A stretch of DNA of 50,163 bases from Nemertoderma westbladi (Eukaryota > Animalia > Xenacoelomorpha), in contig JAUCBJ010007127.1 of NCBI GenBank assembly GCA_032718475.1, positions 1 through 50,163 of the forward strand, given 5' to 3'. The notes under the pieces were generated by a model. The model did no database searches and was not told the DNA's origin. It saw nothing but the letters and a program-made list of their open reading frames with translations. Positions 26,240 to 36,500 of this stretch are shown one piece after another (the first letter of the stretch is position 1; every line of letters starts with the position of its first letter). A program made the position numbers and the translations under genes.

Positions 26240-27949
26240 ATGGCACATTCAGAAATCAGCTATTCAAGCAACGATCTGGTTTGCAACGAAAATCAGTTTA
26301 TGCTACAAGACAACTCGTTTGGTCTATATTTCGATTCGGCGAACAAACTCTTCCCGTTAACGATAAATACAACCTTAAACCAACCCATCCCGATTCCGGC
26401 AAACTACGCGCACTTTATTTTCCGCGCCTGCTACGAACTTCACGATGGACAATATCAAACCCTCGACGATAATAAACTTCATTCCTCCAACCACGGTTTC
26501 AAACTTTTAAAAAGGGACAACAAAATCACGTTCAATCTAACTACTTCGCCCGAGACGTTTACGATTCCAACTAGTATAGTCGATTTTATTCGAGAAAACA
26601 TCAACCAAGATGTGGCAAATCGTCTACTGGGTTTAACCACTCTCGTAACCTCCTTCTTCTCCGATGATCGCTTATTTGATTTTCATAGTATCGCAAACTC
26701 GATTCTTCTTCTCATCTGGAACTCGTCGACTCCGACCGAGGAAGAGGAGACTCGTTTCTTTAAACTTTTCGACAAGGATGTTCTCGCTTTCGGCGAGAAA
26801 TTGAATGAGCTCACATGCTTTTTCGCCAATAAAGTCTCCTATTACTTTGGATTCAATTATAGAGTTGGCACCTATGGAAGTATTAACCCAGTGAAACCAC
26901 TCGAGTTAATAAAGCTGGAAGACACGGTAAACAGTTCATGGATCACATTTTCCGTCGCCTGCGCCAATTTATTTCAACAATATGTAAACATCTGTCGCCC
27001 TTTTATTAATCCTACTACTCACCTTGTCCTAAAACCGGGTAATTGGGTTGCTTTTGACTATTGCACTTTTGGGTTTGTTACAAATATTCGGAACGAGCGC
27101 AATTTAGCGATCACCAATGGCTACGAGGTTGACGATGGAAAGGCTATTGTTTCTTCTAGGGGCATGATTCTTCTTACACCAAGCGAGGTCGGCGAATTGA
27201 AATGGTTCGATTCAACCGTCGAGGATAGTGAATGTGTCTGCTACGATGAACTTAACGTATACAAAGACAACATTTCCGAGCGAATATCGTTACAAAGTTG
27301 TATCAGTGATTCAGAAATTGATTTACAGATAACCGAGAGAAAATTTAACGAATCCTTTACTATAGCTAACACGATTCAAGCGCGCGAGGCTCTAATCAGA
27401 TTCAAGGCTATGGCTATACAATTTGCTTTCAAACCAAAGCAGATTACGATCCCCAATCATCAGCGCTATCTCATAAATAGCAATATCGCAGCCTTTATCT
27501 ATAAGTTCAAATCCGAAAAATATGTTGGTATCTGGCCCATTTTAATGAAAGACGAAGAGAATACCACTTTTCAGTTCACCAACGGTCTCAATATTAGGGG
27601 CAGCGATTTTCTCGCGATAAATATAACCAACCCACCCAACTCTCACTACTATCTCAGTCCTTACATTCATATCGAGAACAAACCAGCAGAAATTATATTC
27701 ACCAATACGAAAAATACCAACACTATCACCCTATCCAACGACTTTACCATCGCGCGCCTTTTCGAATTACTAAAACGTTCTCTCAGAGAAGGCATCTTTC
27801 TCCCGCAGCAAACACACCTTAATCTATTTCACCCCCCAAGAAAAGGCTATCTCAACAATCTATTAAAGAGAAAATTATCGCAACCATTAATAGTATCGGA
27901 CCCTAAAAGGGTTAAACCAGTTATTCTCGGAGGCCAGCAACCCTATTAA
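26240..27949 (+). CDS. 569-aa element protein with putative tandem PC4-like (ssDNA-binding) repeats and C-terminal NLS
   Basis: Long intact ORF with promoter and ATTAAA downstream. aa 409-460 and aa 261-322 align by eye with the PC4 core. KRK...PKRVK is NLS-like. The ORF is secure; the fold is inferred. Confidence 0.6.
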   Translation: MAHSEISYSSNDLVCNENQFMLQDNSFGLYFDSANKLFPLTINTTLNQPIPIPANYAHFIFRACYELHDGQYQTLDDNKLHSSNHGFKLLKRDNKITFNLTTSPETFTIPTSIVDFIRENINQDVANRLLGLTTLVTSFFSDDRLFDFHSIANSILLLIWNSSTPTEEEETRFFKLFDKDVLAFGEKLNELTCFFANKVSYYFGFNYRVGTYGSINPVKPLELIKLEDTVNSSWITFSVACANLFQQYVNICRPFINPTTHLVLKPGNWVAFDYCTFGFVTNIRNERNLAITNGYEVDDGKAIVSSRGMILLTPSEVGELKWFDSTVEDSECVCYDELNVYKDNISERISLQSCISDSEIDLQITERKFNESFTIANTIQAREALIRFKAMAIQFAFKPKQITIPNHQRYLINSNIAAFIYKFKSEKYVGIWPILMKDEENTTFQFTNGLNIRGSDFLAINITNPPNSHYYLSPYIHIENKPAEIIFTNTKNTNTITLSNDFTIARLFELLKRSLREGIFLPQQTHLNLFHPPRKGYLNNLLKRKLSQPLIVSDPKRVKPVILGGQQPY

Positions 27950-28199
27950 TATAAACAGTCTCTATTTATTAAAAACTGTTCTGATTATATCTTTTGTTAT
28001 TGTTGATGTTCTTATATTATTTATTATTAATGTTGTTGGTAAATTATTTATCCGTTGTTGTTATATTATTTAATATTGATGTTGTCGGTAAATTATTTAT
28101 TCTTGTTTCCCCATATTGTTTAAAAATATAAGATGTTTAACCGGTTATTTTTCATTTTTCTCTACTAGTTAATCTATTCTATGAGAGCGAGCCATGAAG

Positions 28200-29900
28200 T
28201 AAGTGAGTCTCAGCATACCATTAATGACCCCTACTGCTTCTTCGTAATCAATTTGAATGTTAACCCCTAAATAAACAGCCAATCCCTATGAATTCTTTAC
28301 AAACTCGATATGCAAGTTGTTTATCAGAGCTGATTTAATTAAAATATATTATTTAGCGATTTTCGTGATTAATGCTATAAATTATATTCACCAAAATGAA
28401 AATATCCACCCTATTACTCTATCCATCAAGCGATGCTTTGTATGTATTGATGGCGAGCAAAGTTTTCAGGGCGACCACCTCTAGGCTGTAAGTACGCTGT
28501 TCTGTCCTATCATAGACACTCTGTCTTTTAGATGCTTCACTGTTAATATTAAGCCGTTAGCCATGGCGCCGCTGATAAGCCGCGAGGATATTCAAAGGCT
28601 TTGGTTTGATTGTTCGTACTATGGATAGTTCAATGAAATCATGAAAGGGAGGGCCGCATGGGGTTGAAAGTGATAGCCCCTCATCCTTATTTTCCCGAGA
28701 AATTCTTAAAGGCGACTATGAATAGAACAATGAAACATTAAAGGGAGGACCGCATATGATGGGAAATGATAGGCTTTCAACTGCCTTTGCCCAGATTTGT
28801 GTAAGTTCGAGGGAGGATGTAGAGGAAAATATACTCGTAGCTTTAATGCCCCATTTGATTAAAGTAGAGCAAATTTAGCTTTCACCTAAGGGTTATCACT
28901 CCTTGCAACTGCAAAATTTAAAATTCTATCTATGATGTATTCACTATAACTCGTTTGCTGATATTATTTCATCGCGAAATTAAAAGCATCTGCTATCACT
29001 ATTATTATAGTATATTATCTAAACTAGTGACACCGAGTTGGAACAGATAGGATAATTGCACTTTGTTATGTTTTAGGTTAGTAGCTTTAATCATAATACT
29101 ACCGGGCTATAAAATGTTGTATAAATATCGGGGGGAGGGTCATAATGACCCCGATCGAGGTGGGGAATCGAAACTATGACAATCTGTATATCCTATTTTG
29201 TGTTTACTTTTTATATTTTCCACGAAGCGAGAGCAAAAATTTAAATTTCCTGAAAATTTCTGAGTCTCAGCACACCATTAATGATCCCTATGCCTTCTTC
29301 GTAGTCAATTTGAATGATAATCCCTAAATCCCTATATTTTTCATAAAAACCCTCAAAACTTTACAAATTTTGAAAAATCGGCTAATATAAAATGCCCCAT
29401 AGTTTCAATAAAAATGGTACTCGAAATGTGAATACAATGCTTCCACTTCATCAAGGTGAAACCTTAACGAAAACTATCCTGATCCACACTCGATTTGTAA
29501 ATACATTGCATCCACTTTTACCCAGATGGAGCATTTGTATTGTATTTAAGATTTATTTTCATGACTCACATAATAACCCCAATACTACCGGCCTATAAAA
29601 TGTTGTACAAACACCGGGGAGGGTCATAATGACCCTGGTCGGGGGTAGGGAATCGAATCTATGACAATCTGTATATCCTATTTTGTGTTTACTTTTTATT
29701 TTTTCCGTGAAGCGACGGCCAAAATTTAAAATTCCTGAAAATTTCGCGGATAGAGAATTATAAATATAATTGGTGAGCATAGTGCTACGCGAAGGCTCCA
29801 TGGCAGATGTATTTTAGCTATGGACTCGTATATCCATTTTACTCTACTATAGCCAGACTGTCTTTGAGGTGCCCCGTTAGCCTTGGCGCCGCTAAATCTG
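28200..29900. repeat. Internal non-coding region of the element built from imperfect duplications
   Basis: 28204-28270 resembles 29261-29328; 29093-29250 resembles 29581-29745; 28513-28580 resembles 29854-29895. Confidence 0.75.
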
Positions 29901-29994
29901 CATGAGGGCCGGCCGGTAAGCGAGATATCTCTATTGCTAATAAGCTTGAGGGCCCAAATAAGGCTAACATTCATATGCTATATCCCATAGTTAT

Positions 29995-30080
29995 TACCGA
30001 TATATAATTACTACTGGCTCCTAACGACTTATCACTGTACCGATATATAATTACTACTGGCTCCTAACGACTTATCACTG
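29995..30080. repeat. Perfect 43-bp tandem duplication upstream of the acidic-ORF promoter
   Basis: TACCGATATATAATTACTACTGGCTCCTAACGACTTATCACTG x2 (29995-30037, 30038-30080). Confidence 0.95.
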
Positions 30081-30143
30081 GGAGCCCTTTAATTAAAGCC
30101 GCCGCTCGTTGAAACTGTTGCGTTGCTCCCTCTGCGTTGATGC

Positions 30144-30181
30144 TATATAAACCGAGTTGGGACCTTCATTCGTCATCAGTT
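30144..30181 (+). promoter_or_regulatory. TATA box plus initiator for the acidic ORF
   Basis: TATATAAA at 30144-30151 and TCAGTT at 30176-30181; AATAAA at 30718 after the stop. Confidence 0.65.
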
Positions 30182-30266
30182 TTGACATCGAATAATTCAC
30201 AAGTTATTGTAAACTTTTTTCATTTTTAAACTTTTGCGTTTACAATTTATCGAGTTACTATTTATC

Positions 30267-30686
30267 ATGGCTTCCACCACCAGCACCCAGCTAGCCGCCT
30301 CCGTGACACCGGTCTCCACCACAGCTACACCCGTCACCACCATATCCAACGCTACCATCACCATCACATCCAGAAGCGTCGGTACACAGACCACGGAGAG
30401 CAGGTCGGAAGCGGTAACTCCCTATGGCCGTTTTATGAGGGACCAGGAAGAGGAAATGGCGTGGGAGGAAGATTTGTTTGATCGGGAGCTCGAGATTCGA
30501 GCACTGGAGGAGGAGAGGTTGGAGCGACTTCGGACCTCCTCCAACTGGTACGATCAATATTTGTATCAGGAATTTCTCGAGGAAGAGATAGCGGCGGCTG
30601 AGGAGAGCAGGTATAAACATCCCTTTCCCCAGGAAAACTGGGAGGAAACAGAAGATTTCAGGGAGGAACCATGGTGTAAGTTTTAA
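30267..30686 (+). CDS. 139-aa S/T-rich then acidic/aromatic protein with an LC8-type TQT motif
   Basis: ATCATGG start context at 30267, GC-richer than flanks, own TATA/Inr and polyA signal; RSVGTQT; E/D-rich C-terminal half studded with W/F/Y. Confidence 0.7.
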   Translation: MASTTSTQLAASVTPVSTTATPVTTISNATITITSRSVGTQTTESRSEAVTPYGRFMRDQEEEMAWEEDLFDRELEIRALEEERLERLRTSSNWYDQYLYQEFLEEEIAAAEESRYKHPFPQENWEETEDFREEPWCKF

Positions 30687-31164
30687 TTAATACTAACATT
30701 CCTTTATAATATGATATAATAAAATAGGTTAAAGCAATAAGCAGATTGAGTAGAAATTAATTTGAGTAATTACAATAATTATAAAGTTATACGAATTACC
30801 AAGATGATTATAAAGCAATTACATAAATAATAAATTATTATTTACTTATAAAATAAATTATTTCTTTTCTCATAGGCTAAATTATATTCTATCGCTGAGG
30901 GCTCAGAGTTAGTTTTCGCTGGAGCGAGCGAGATGGGAGGATTGGGAGCGCAGTAGAGGGGTGACAGTTGGACCTCACTGTGAAAACGAATAAATTAGTG
31001 TTACTAATGGGGGGCTGATGAGTTATAATTCTATGGAGTGGAGAAAAAAGAGTCATAAAGAACTTTATTTGTTTAATTATACTTTAGCTATCCATACTTA
31101 TTTTATTGTTTCTACGGTATAGGCCACCAGAAAACCCAGATTTGTACAATTGTGAACAATTTTA

Positions 31165-31302
31165 TCAAATGTGTACCAGTGTAATGTAATGTTGTTGAAC
31201 GGGACAATTGAACATAATTTTCCGCCAAAGGAAAAAATTAATAGTTTTGAAACGTTTAGTAATCTGGAAACTCTCTATAGTTTGCAGCGAACTGTTACTC
31301 AT
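31165..31302 (-). CDS. Possible 45-aa micro-ORF
   Basis: TTTTCAG|CTATA-ATG acceptor context; MSNSSLQTIESFQITKRFKTINFFLWRKIMFNCPVQQHYITLVHI; minus-strand AATAAA near 31100 and 31065. Confidence 0.25.
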   Translation of the reverse strand: MSNSSLQTIESFQITKRFKTINFFLWRKIMFNCPVQQHYITLVHI

Positions 31303-32446
31303 TATAGCTGAAAATGTGATAAGGATTTTGTTTACCTTTATTAAAGTGTGCGGTTAATAGTGTCTAGTAGGCCCATAGTTAGTGATGTTAAGGCATCTTC
31401 TGGTGTTTCTCTGTGCCCTCTCGGTGTCAGACTAATGGCGCGACATCTCCCTACACTAAATTAATTATTCAATGGTCTAGCCTCCTCCATTCACATATCC
31501 CATCCACTCCTATACACTCCATGAACCTCCATGTGGTCTTGTATGTAGTTCTCTCTCTACCATTATAGCCCATGTCCGCAATGTTACGCCCGAGGGGGCT
31601 CTCTCGTCTACCTGATATCAGACATACAGGCCCACCGCACACAAAGCCTTTGTCGATCCCAGCAAGTTAGCCTCCTGCTGTGTGATCTTTTATATCCAAA
31701 TAATGTCTGATGGTTGCGCATAAAAATTTTGCTTACTATTACACAATTATATTAGTATTAGGACTATTTATCCATAATAATTATATTAGAATTATAAATG
31801 TATTTACCCCACAATATTTATTACTATTAGATGTATTTATTCAAGAAATTATATGTTTTTATAATATACTTTGGAAAATTAGTCGACTAAGTCATAATTT
31901 TTAAAACTTTAAATACGGGTTGAGTTATTTTATAAAGTTAAGAAGAATGAACCAATAGAGGGAGCCTGAAGTCTAATCTCTTGGCCTTTACTCCCATTAA
32001 CTCCCAAGGTTGCATACTATCACTATAGCTGGGAGAGTCGAAGCTAGAGTATATGCTAGAGTTAACCAAGAGCTAGGAAAAAGAATAATGCTCTTCTAGG
32101 GTCCAAACTCACGACCTTCTAATTAGAAAACTAAGCAAATAATCAGCTTGAAGGCCTTAGACCCTTAATCGGAGGCATCGAGCAGCCAATGAGAGAGCAG
32201 ATGCGAGTACAGTGGTAAAGCCCATCCATAGTGAGATAGCGTTGCACTAGCTCTCAAGGATAGTTATACTCACCATTCAAATATCCCTCGCAAACCAGAG
32301 TCCCCCAACATCTAAAGTATTACACTTCAATGCAAAATATATAATGCAATATAACTCGAATATTTCTGTTTTTTATAATATAAATAATGATTGTAGCATA
32401 AATTTATAATTTCACATAAATATAATGTGAAAATTCACTTTAATAT

Positions 32447-32950
32447 AGAGTAACTAACTAAACATGTAATAGGATATACAGATGGTCATAGGTTCGACCC
32501 ATTCTCGTATCCCGTTTTATGGAAAATATAAAAAGTAAACATAGAATAACTAGAGTAACTAAACTAAACATAAAATAGGATGAACAGGTGGTCACATGTT
32601 CGATCCCTACTCGCGACCATTATAAATCCAACACAAAATAAGTTAAACCAGGGTTCGAATCCTAATCATGAAAATATAAAAAGTAAACATAGAATAACTA
32701 GAGTAACTAAACTAAACATAAAATAGGAAAAACAGAAGGTCACGGGCTCAATCCCTACTCGTATCCCGTTTTATGGAAAATAAACAGGAGGTCATAGGTT
32801 CAATCCCTACTCGCGACCATTATAAATCCAACACAAAATAAGATAAACCAGGGTTCGAATCCTACTAATGCAATTATAAAAAGTGGGTAACACGGATGGT
32901 CACGGATTCAAACCCTACTCACGGAAAAATAAAAACCAACACAAAATAAA
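32447..32950 (+). repeat. Complex tandem array carrying seven Pol III B-box/tRNA T-arm-like motifs
   Basis: GGTTCGACCC 32491, GTTCGATCC 32598, GGTTCGAATCC 32652, GGCTCAATCC 32745, GGTTCAATCC 32797, GGTTCGAATCC 32852, GGATTCAAACC 32904, separated by A-rich repeated spacers. Confidence 0.8.
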
Positions 32951-32987
32951 TAATATAGTAAACTTTCATGTATATCATAGTAAATAG

Positions 32988-33503
32988 CTAATTTAATAAT
33001 AAAGTTTGTAAAATAGATAATGATTCGGGGAATTCACCGGCTGGACACATGGAAACGATTTTATTACTATGAAATACACTGAAATATGCACGTCCTATAT
33101 ATATTCTAATCGCGCAAAATAATTCGGGGGTATAGCTAATAAATATTGCTTTATTATTAAATGTATGATGTCCACATTTTTTCATTAATAATTTAAAATT
33201 AACACTTGGAAAAATAATAGTTCGTGTTTCGGTATTAAGTTTCAAATTTTGTAATTGCATACCGATAGTTTGTTTTAAATAAAGCAATTCACTAGCTAAA
33301 TTATTGCACAGGCCTACAATTGTTACTGCGCCGCTGGGAAATAGCATTATAGTTGAATCGTCACCTTTGTAGATAAACATGTTTGGTTTTAAGCATCTTT
33401 GACCTGTAATTTGCTGTGAAATTTTCTCTAGTTCAAATTTGGCAATGTTTTTTCCGGTGAACTGTTTATTGGTTATTTCTATTTTGTTGTTCAATTTCTT
33501 ATT
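32988..33503 (-). CDS. TBP-fold (TATA-binding-protein-like) protein, terminal exon without a 5' ATG
   Basis: Two TBP-type repeats: STIMLFPSGAVTIVG resembles TALIFSSGKMVCTG; SYTPELFCAIRI..FSVFHSNKIV resembles SYEPELFPGLIY..LLIFVSGKVV; IEITN...FELEKIS resembles PQLQN...LDLKTIA. The frame opens immediately after acceptor ATTTTTCTAG (33513-33504). Confidence 0.72.
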   Translation of the reverse strand, partial: NKKLNNKIEITNKQFTGKNIAKFELEKISQQITGQRCLKPNMFIYKGDDSTIMLFPSGAVTIVGLCNNLASELLYLKQTIGMQLQNLKLNTETRTIIFPSVNFKLLMKKCGHHTFNNKAIFISYTPELFCAIRIYIGRAYFSVFHSNKIVSMCPAGEFPESLSILQTLLLN

Positions 33504-33517
33504 CTAGAAAAATAAAA

Positions 33518-36500
33518 TTAAATTCTAGTAGGGGGGATTACTACTCGTTTCGCCGGTCTAACAAGCTTAGTGCTATAGTGTCCATATGGTTTGCTGCTAT
33601 ATTTACTACTCCAATATGATTTCGTATCCCAGAGCGTTAGTGCCTTCTTATAGACATGACCAGTAAAAATTTGATGCTTTCTAGAAGTGAAGGTAGAGTT
33701 ATAGCGGAAGAGCATTGCCTCGTTTTCAAAACAGTCTGCATAATCCTCGTGTGTTAGTTGCTTAGCGACAACCGATCTAGATACTCCTTTGGCGGTTTTC
33801 TTGATTGGGGCATCATAGGATTGAAAACTGTAGACCTTTGGTTTAAGGAAAACCCACTGTTTATACTGCAAACCGCAGCTCTCATCTTTTACGAAGCCGA
33901 GAGCCGCTTTGTGTTTAATGGTATAGAGTGGATGTGTTGTACTGTAGTTGGAAGTATCTAGGAAACCACCCTCAAACATTGCCCGTAGAAAGGTTAGCTG
34001 TGGTGTATTAGTTACGCTTAGCATTAGAGAATCCGTGTCACCGGCTAGACAGCGAATCTGGCAATCCAGTTTTTGTTCTAGAGGCTTCAGTTTGTTGTAA
34101 AATAGGTCGTACATCTGTAGCTTAGATAGATCTAGTATAGTGCAACCGATGAACACGCCCTGATTTAGGCAAACAGCCTCTTTAGTGAAAGTATGACCAC
34201 TCAAGTTGGGGGTAAATACAACAAACGATTCGTGATTGGGCTTGGCTAAGAGCAAATCGCATTGTTCGTCGCTATTGCATAACCTGAAAGAAACGCGGTC
34301 TCTAACCTTTTGGAGGCATTTCCCATACAAGGCATTGTTCATCAACTTATAAAATAGGACCTCGAATGGGTTATTTGCCGACTGTCTTTTATTTGTATTA
34401 AAACTAATGTAGTCCTTGAAAATATATTTTTGTGAGAAAGAGTAGACCCTATGTACTTGTGTAAGTTTAAGACCGAGCTTCAAATAGAGTTGAAGTAGCT
34501 TAATATGGATACCGTATTCAACCTTATTAAACTGATGTAGTAGTAGCTTAGTACAGGTATCGTTGTATGGTCTACAGGTGGCCCTATCGGTGAGATTGTA
34601 ATGCTCCCAAAGATCTTCCATGTATTCGCTAAGAAAGGATTTAGGGACTGACATCTTCTCCGCTCCTAGAGGCAGATCGGCGGTCAAATCATGAATTTCT
34701 TTCGGATAATGTAGATCAACTATGCAATAATAACCAGTATCCCCACTCGCGTCTACTGTAGCTAGGTCTATGGGGGTAGTTACGAGTTTAATATTAGCGT
34801 AGGGAAGTTTCTGGCTCAGGGCGCAGCCGTAAAGGTTATTCGCATCGATGGGAATTAGATATTTCTCGGGGAGACTGGAGTCATAGTCGGGTTTATCGGG
34901 GATATTTGCGTCTACGGAATGTGTATTCAAGAATACTAGACCACCCCTAATATTTGTTTCAAAGTCCGAGTAGATGGAAGCGTCTGATAGTAATTGAATT
35001 TCTGATTGCGTGAATTTCAGCGCCGCGTCGTAAGTTAATCCAGGGGCAGTGAAGTACATTACGGGCTCGAGTCCATAATTAGTAAGACAGAGGGATCGGA
35101 ACTGCTCGAAAGTATCAGCCAATAGGGTAACATCTAGAACCAAATAGCCAATCATATAGTCGAAGATTGTTAGACAGTTTAATTCATCCCAAGTAGTAAG
35201 CGCGCGCTGATAGTTTTCTGCGCTACATTGTTCCAATTTGAGATCATTATAGAAGCTTTCTAATGGGGGGAGTGTAGTTTCGTGTAGGTTTGAAATATTT
35301 TGAATATAGGAATATGGGAATACACCCTTGTTTTTTATTGTGTTATCGCTAATGTTGGGATAGAGTTGGGTCATTTGAGCTAGTGTATGGGGTATGGCTG
35401 TTGCTAGGTTACTGTTATTTTTAGTGAGATAACTACTAAGATTATCTAGGCTGGCAGTCATAAACTGATAGGAATCTAGAAAATTAATGGAGATACTTTC
35501 TTTAGCGTTGGCTGTTGGTGTACTCGGATCGATTGGAAAGCTAACTTTAAGGTGAATATAAGTTTCGGTGTTTTTTGGTATTACACTCATTTTCCAGTGT
35601 GTTCTAGAACTATCGGTCATTCCTTCTTTTAGTAGTAAATGCATATCGAATTTCCTCAAGTTATGAAATATAATATAAAAATTATTCCGTTTTAGGGAAA
35701 GTTTCCTGTTGCAGCTGACGCAAGCAGCCCCTCGATACTCCCCGCTATAATGATCATGATCGCGGACTTTGGTGCTGAGATTGTCATTGAGGTTTAAATT
35801 ATGCGAATCGGGGGTTAAATTACAGTTGCAGACGTAGCATTGTGTAGCGTTATTAAAGTCAGTTTGCTGGCTAGTAGTGAGTTGCATGGGGGCGTGTGTG
35901 TTTGTACTAGAAATGGACCAATCGTATAACTCCCTACAATGACTTTCCATAGCGGTTAGAAAGTCGCGCATTATGTGGTTACTGCCATCGTCACGGAAAA
36001 TTTGAACATCTGTTTTAGGAGGGTTAATTAATTTTTGATTTGGTACTGTATAAAAGGCTGCCGCGCTAGCTATATGTTTCTGTGGGAGTTTAATATTGTT
36101 TGTAGGTTCTAGAATAGTTTCAATGTCGGCGTATATACAGAAAGGTGGGGATAGAGTCTTATCGTACCTGTCAAATTTAACCAAGAGATTTTCGGGCATA
36201 TACTCGAGCTGGCGTTTACCCGTATAGCAGCGCTCTCGATGTTCTCCCAGTGATTTGTCAGTGTAAAAGGCTCTGAGACAGCGTTCGCAGTGCGTCTTGT
36301 TGCCGGTAGAAGTAGCTTTAGTATTTATTAATCTATCTATGTTAGTAATAGCTACATAGTGGGCAGGGTTTTTGGTTGTGGCTTCGATAAATAATAAGTT
36401 TAGTACAGTTTTACCGGAACAGTGCGCGCTATCTGGTTGACTTAAAATGGAGAGTTCTTCCGTATTACTCCAATAAAGAAGGTTTATACAGTATATAGGG

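Noticed and set aside
26240-27949. 569-aa ORF as the Polinton major capsid protein or integrase
   Set aside because: No recognisable DJR-MCP, DDE/rve, Walker A or adenain motifs; PC4-like patterns fit better, pending a structure search.
32090-32950. tRNA genes in the B-box array and a tRNA-like minus-strand fragment near 32100-32150
   Set aside because: Only T-arm-like halves; no D-arm/A-box or pairing acceptor stem could be built.
33492-33494. TTG start of the TBP-like ORF as given by the ORF track
   Set aside because: Eukaryotic context; the frame opens three codons earlier at a consensus splice acceptor, so splicing is the simpler explanation.
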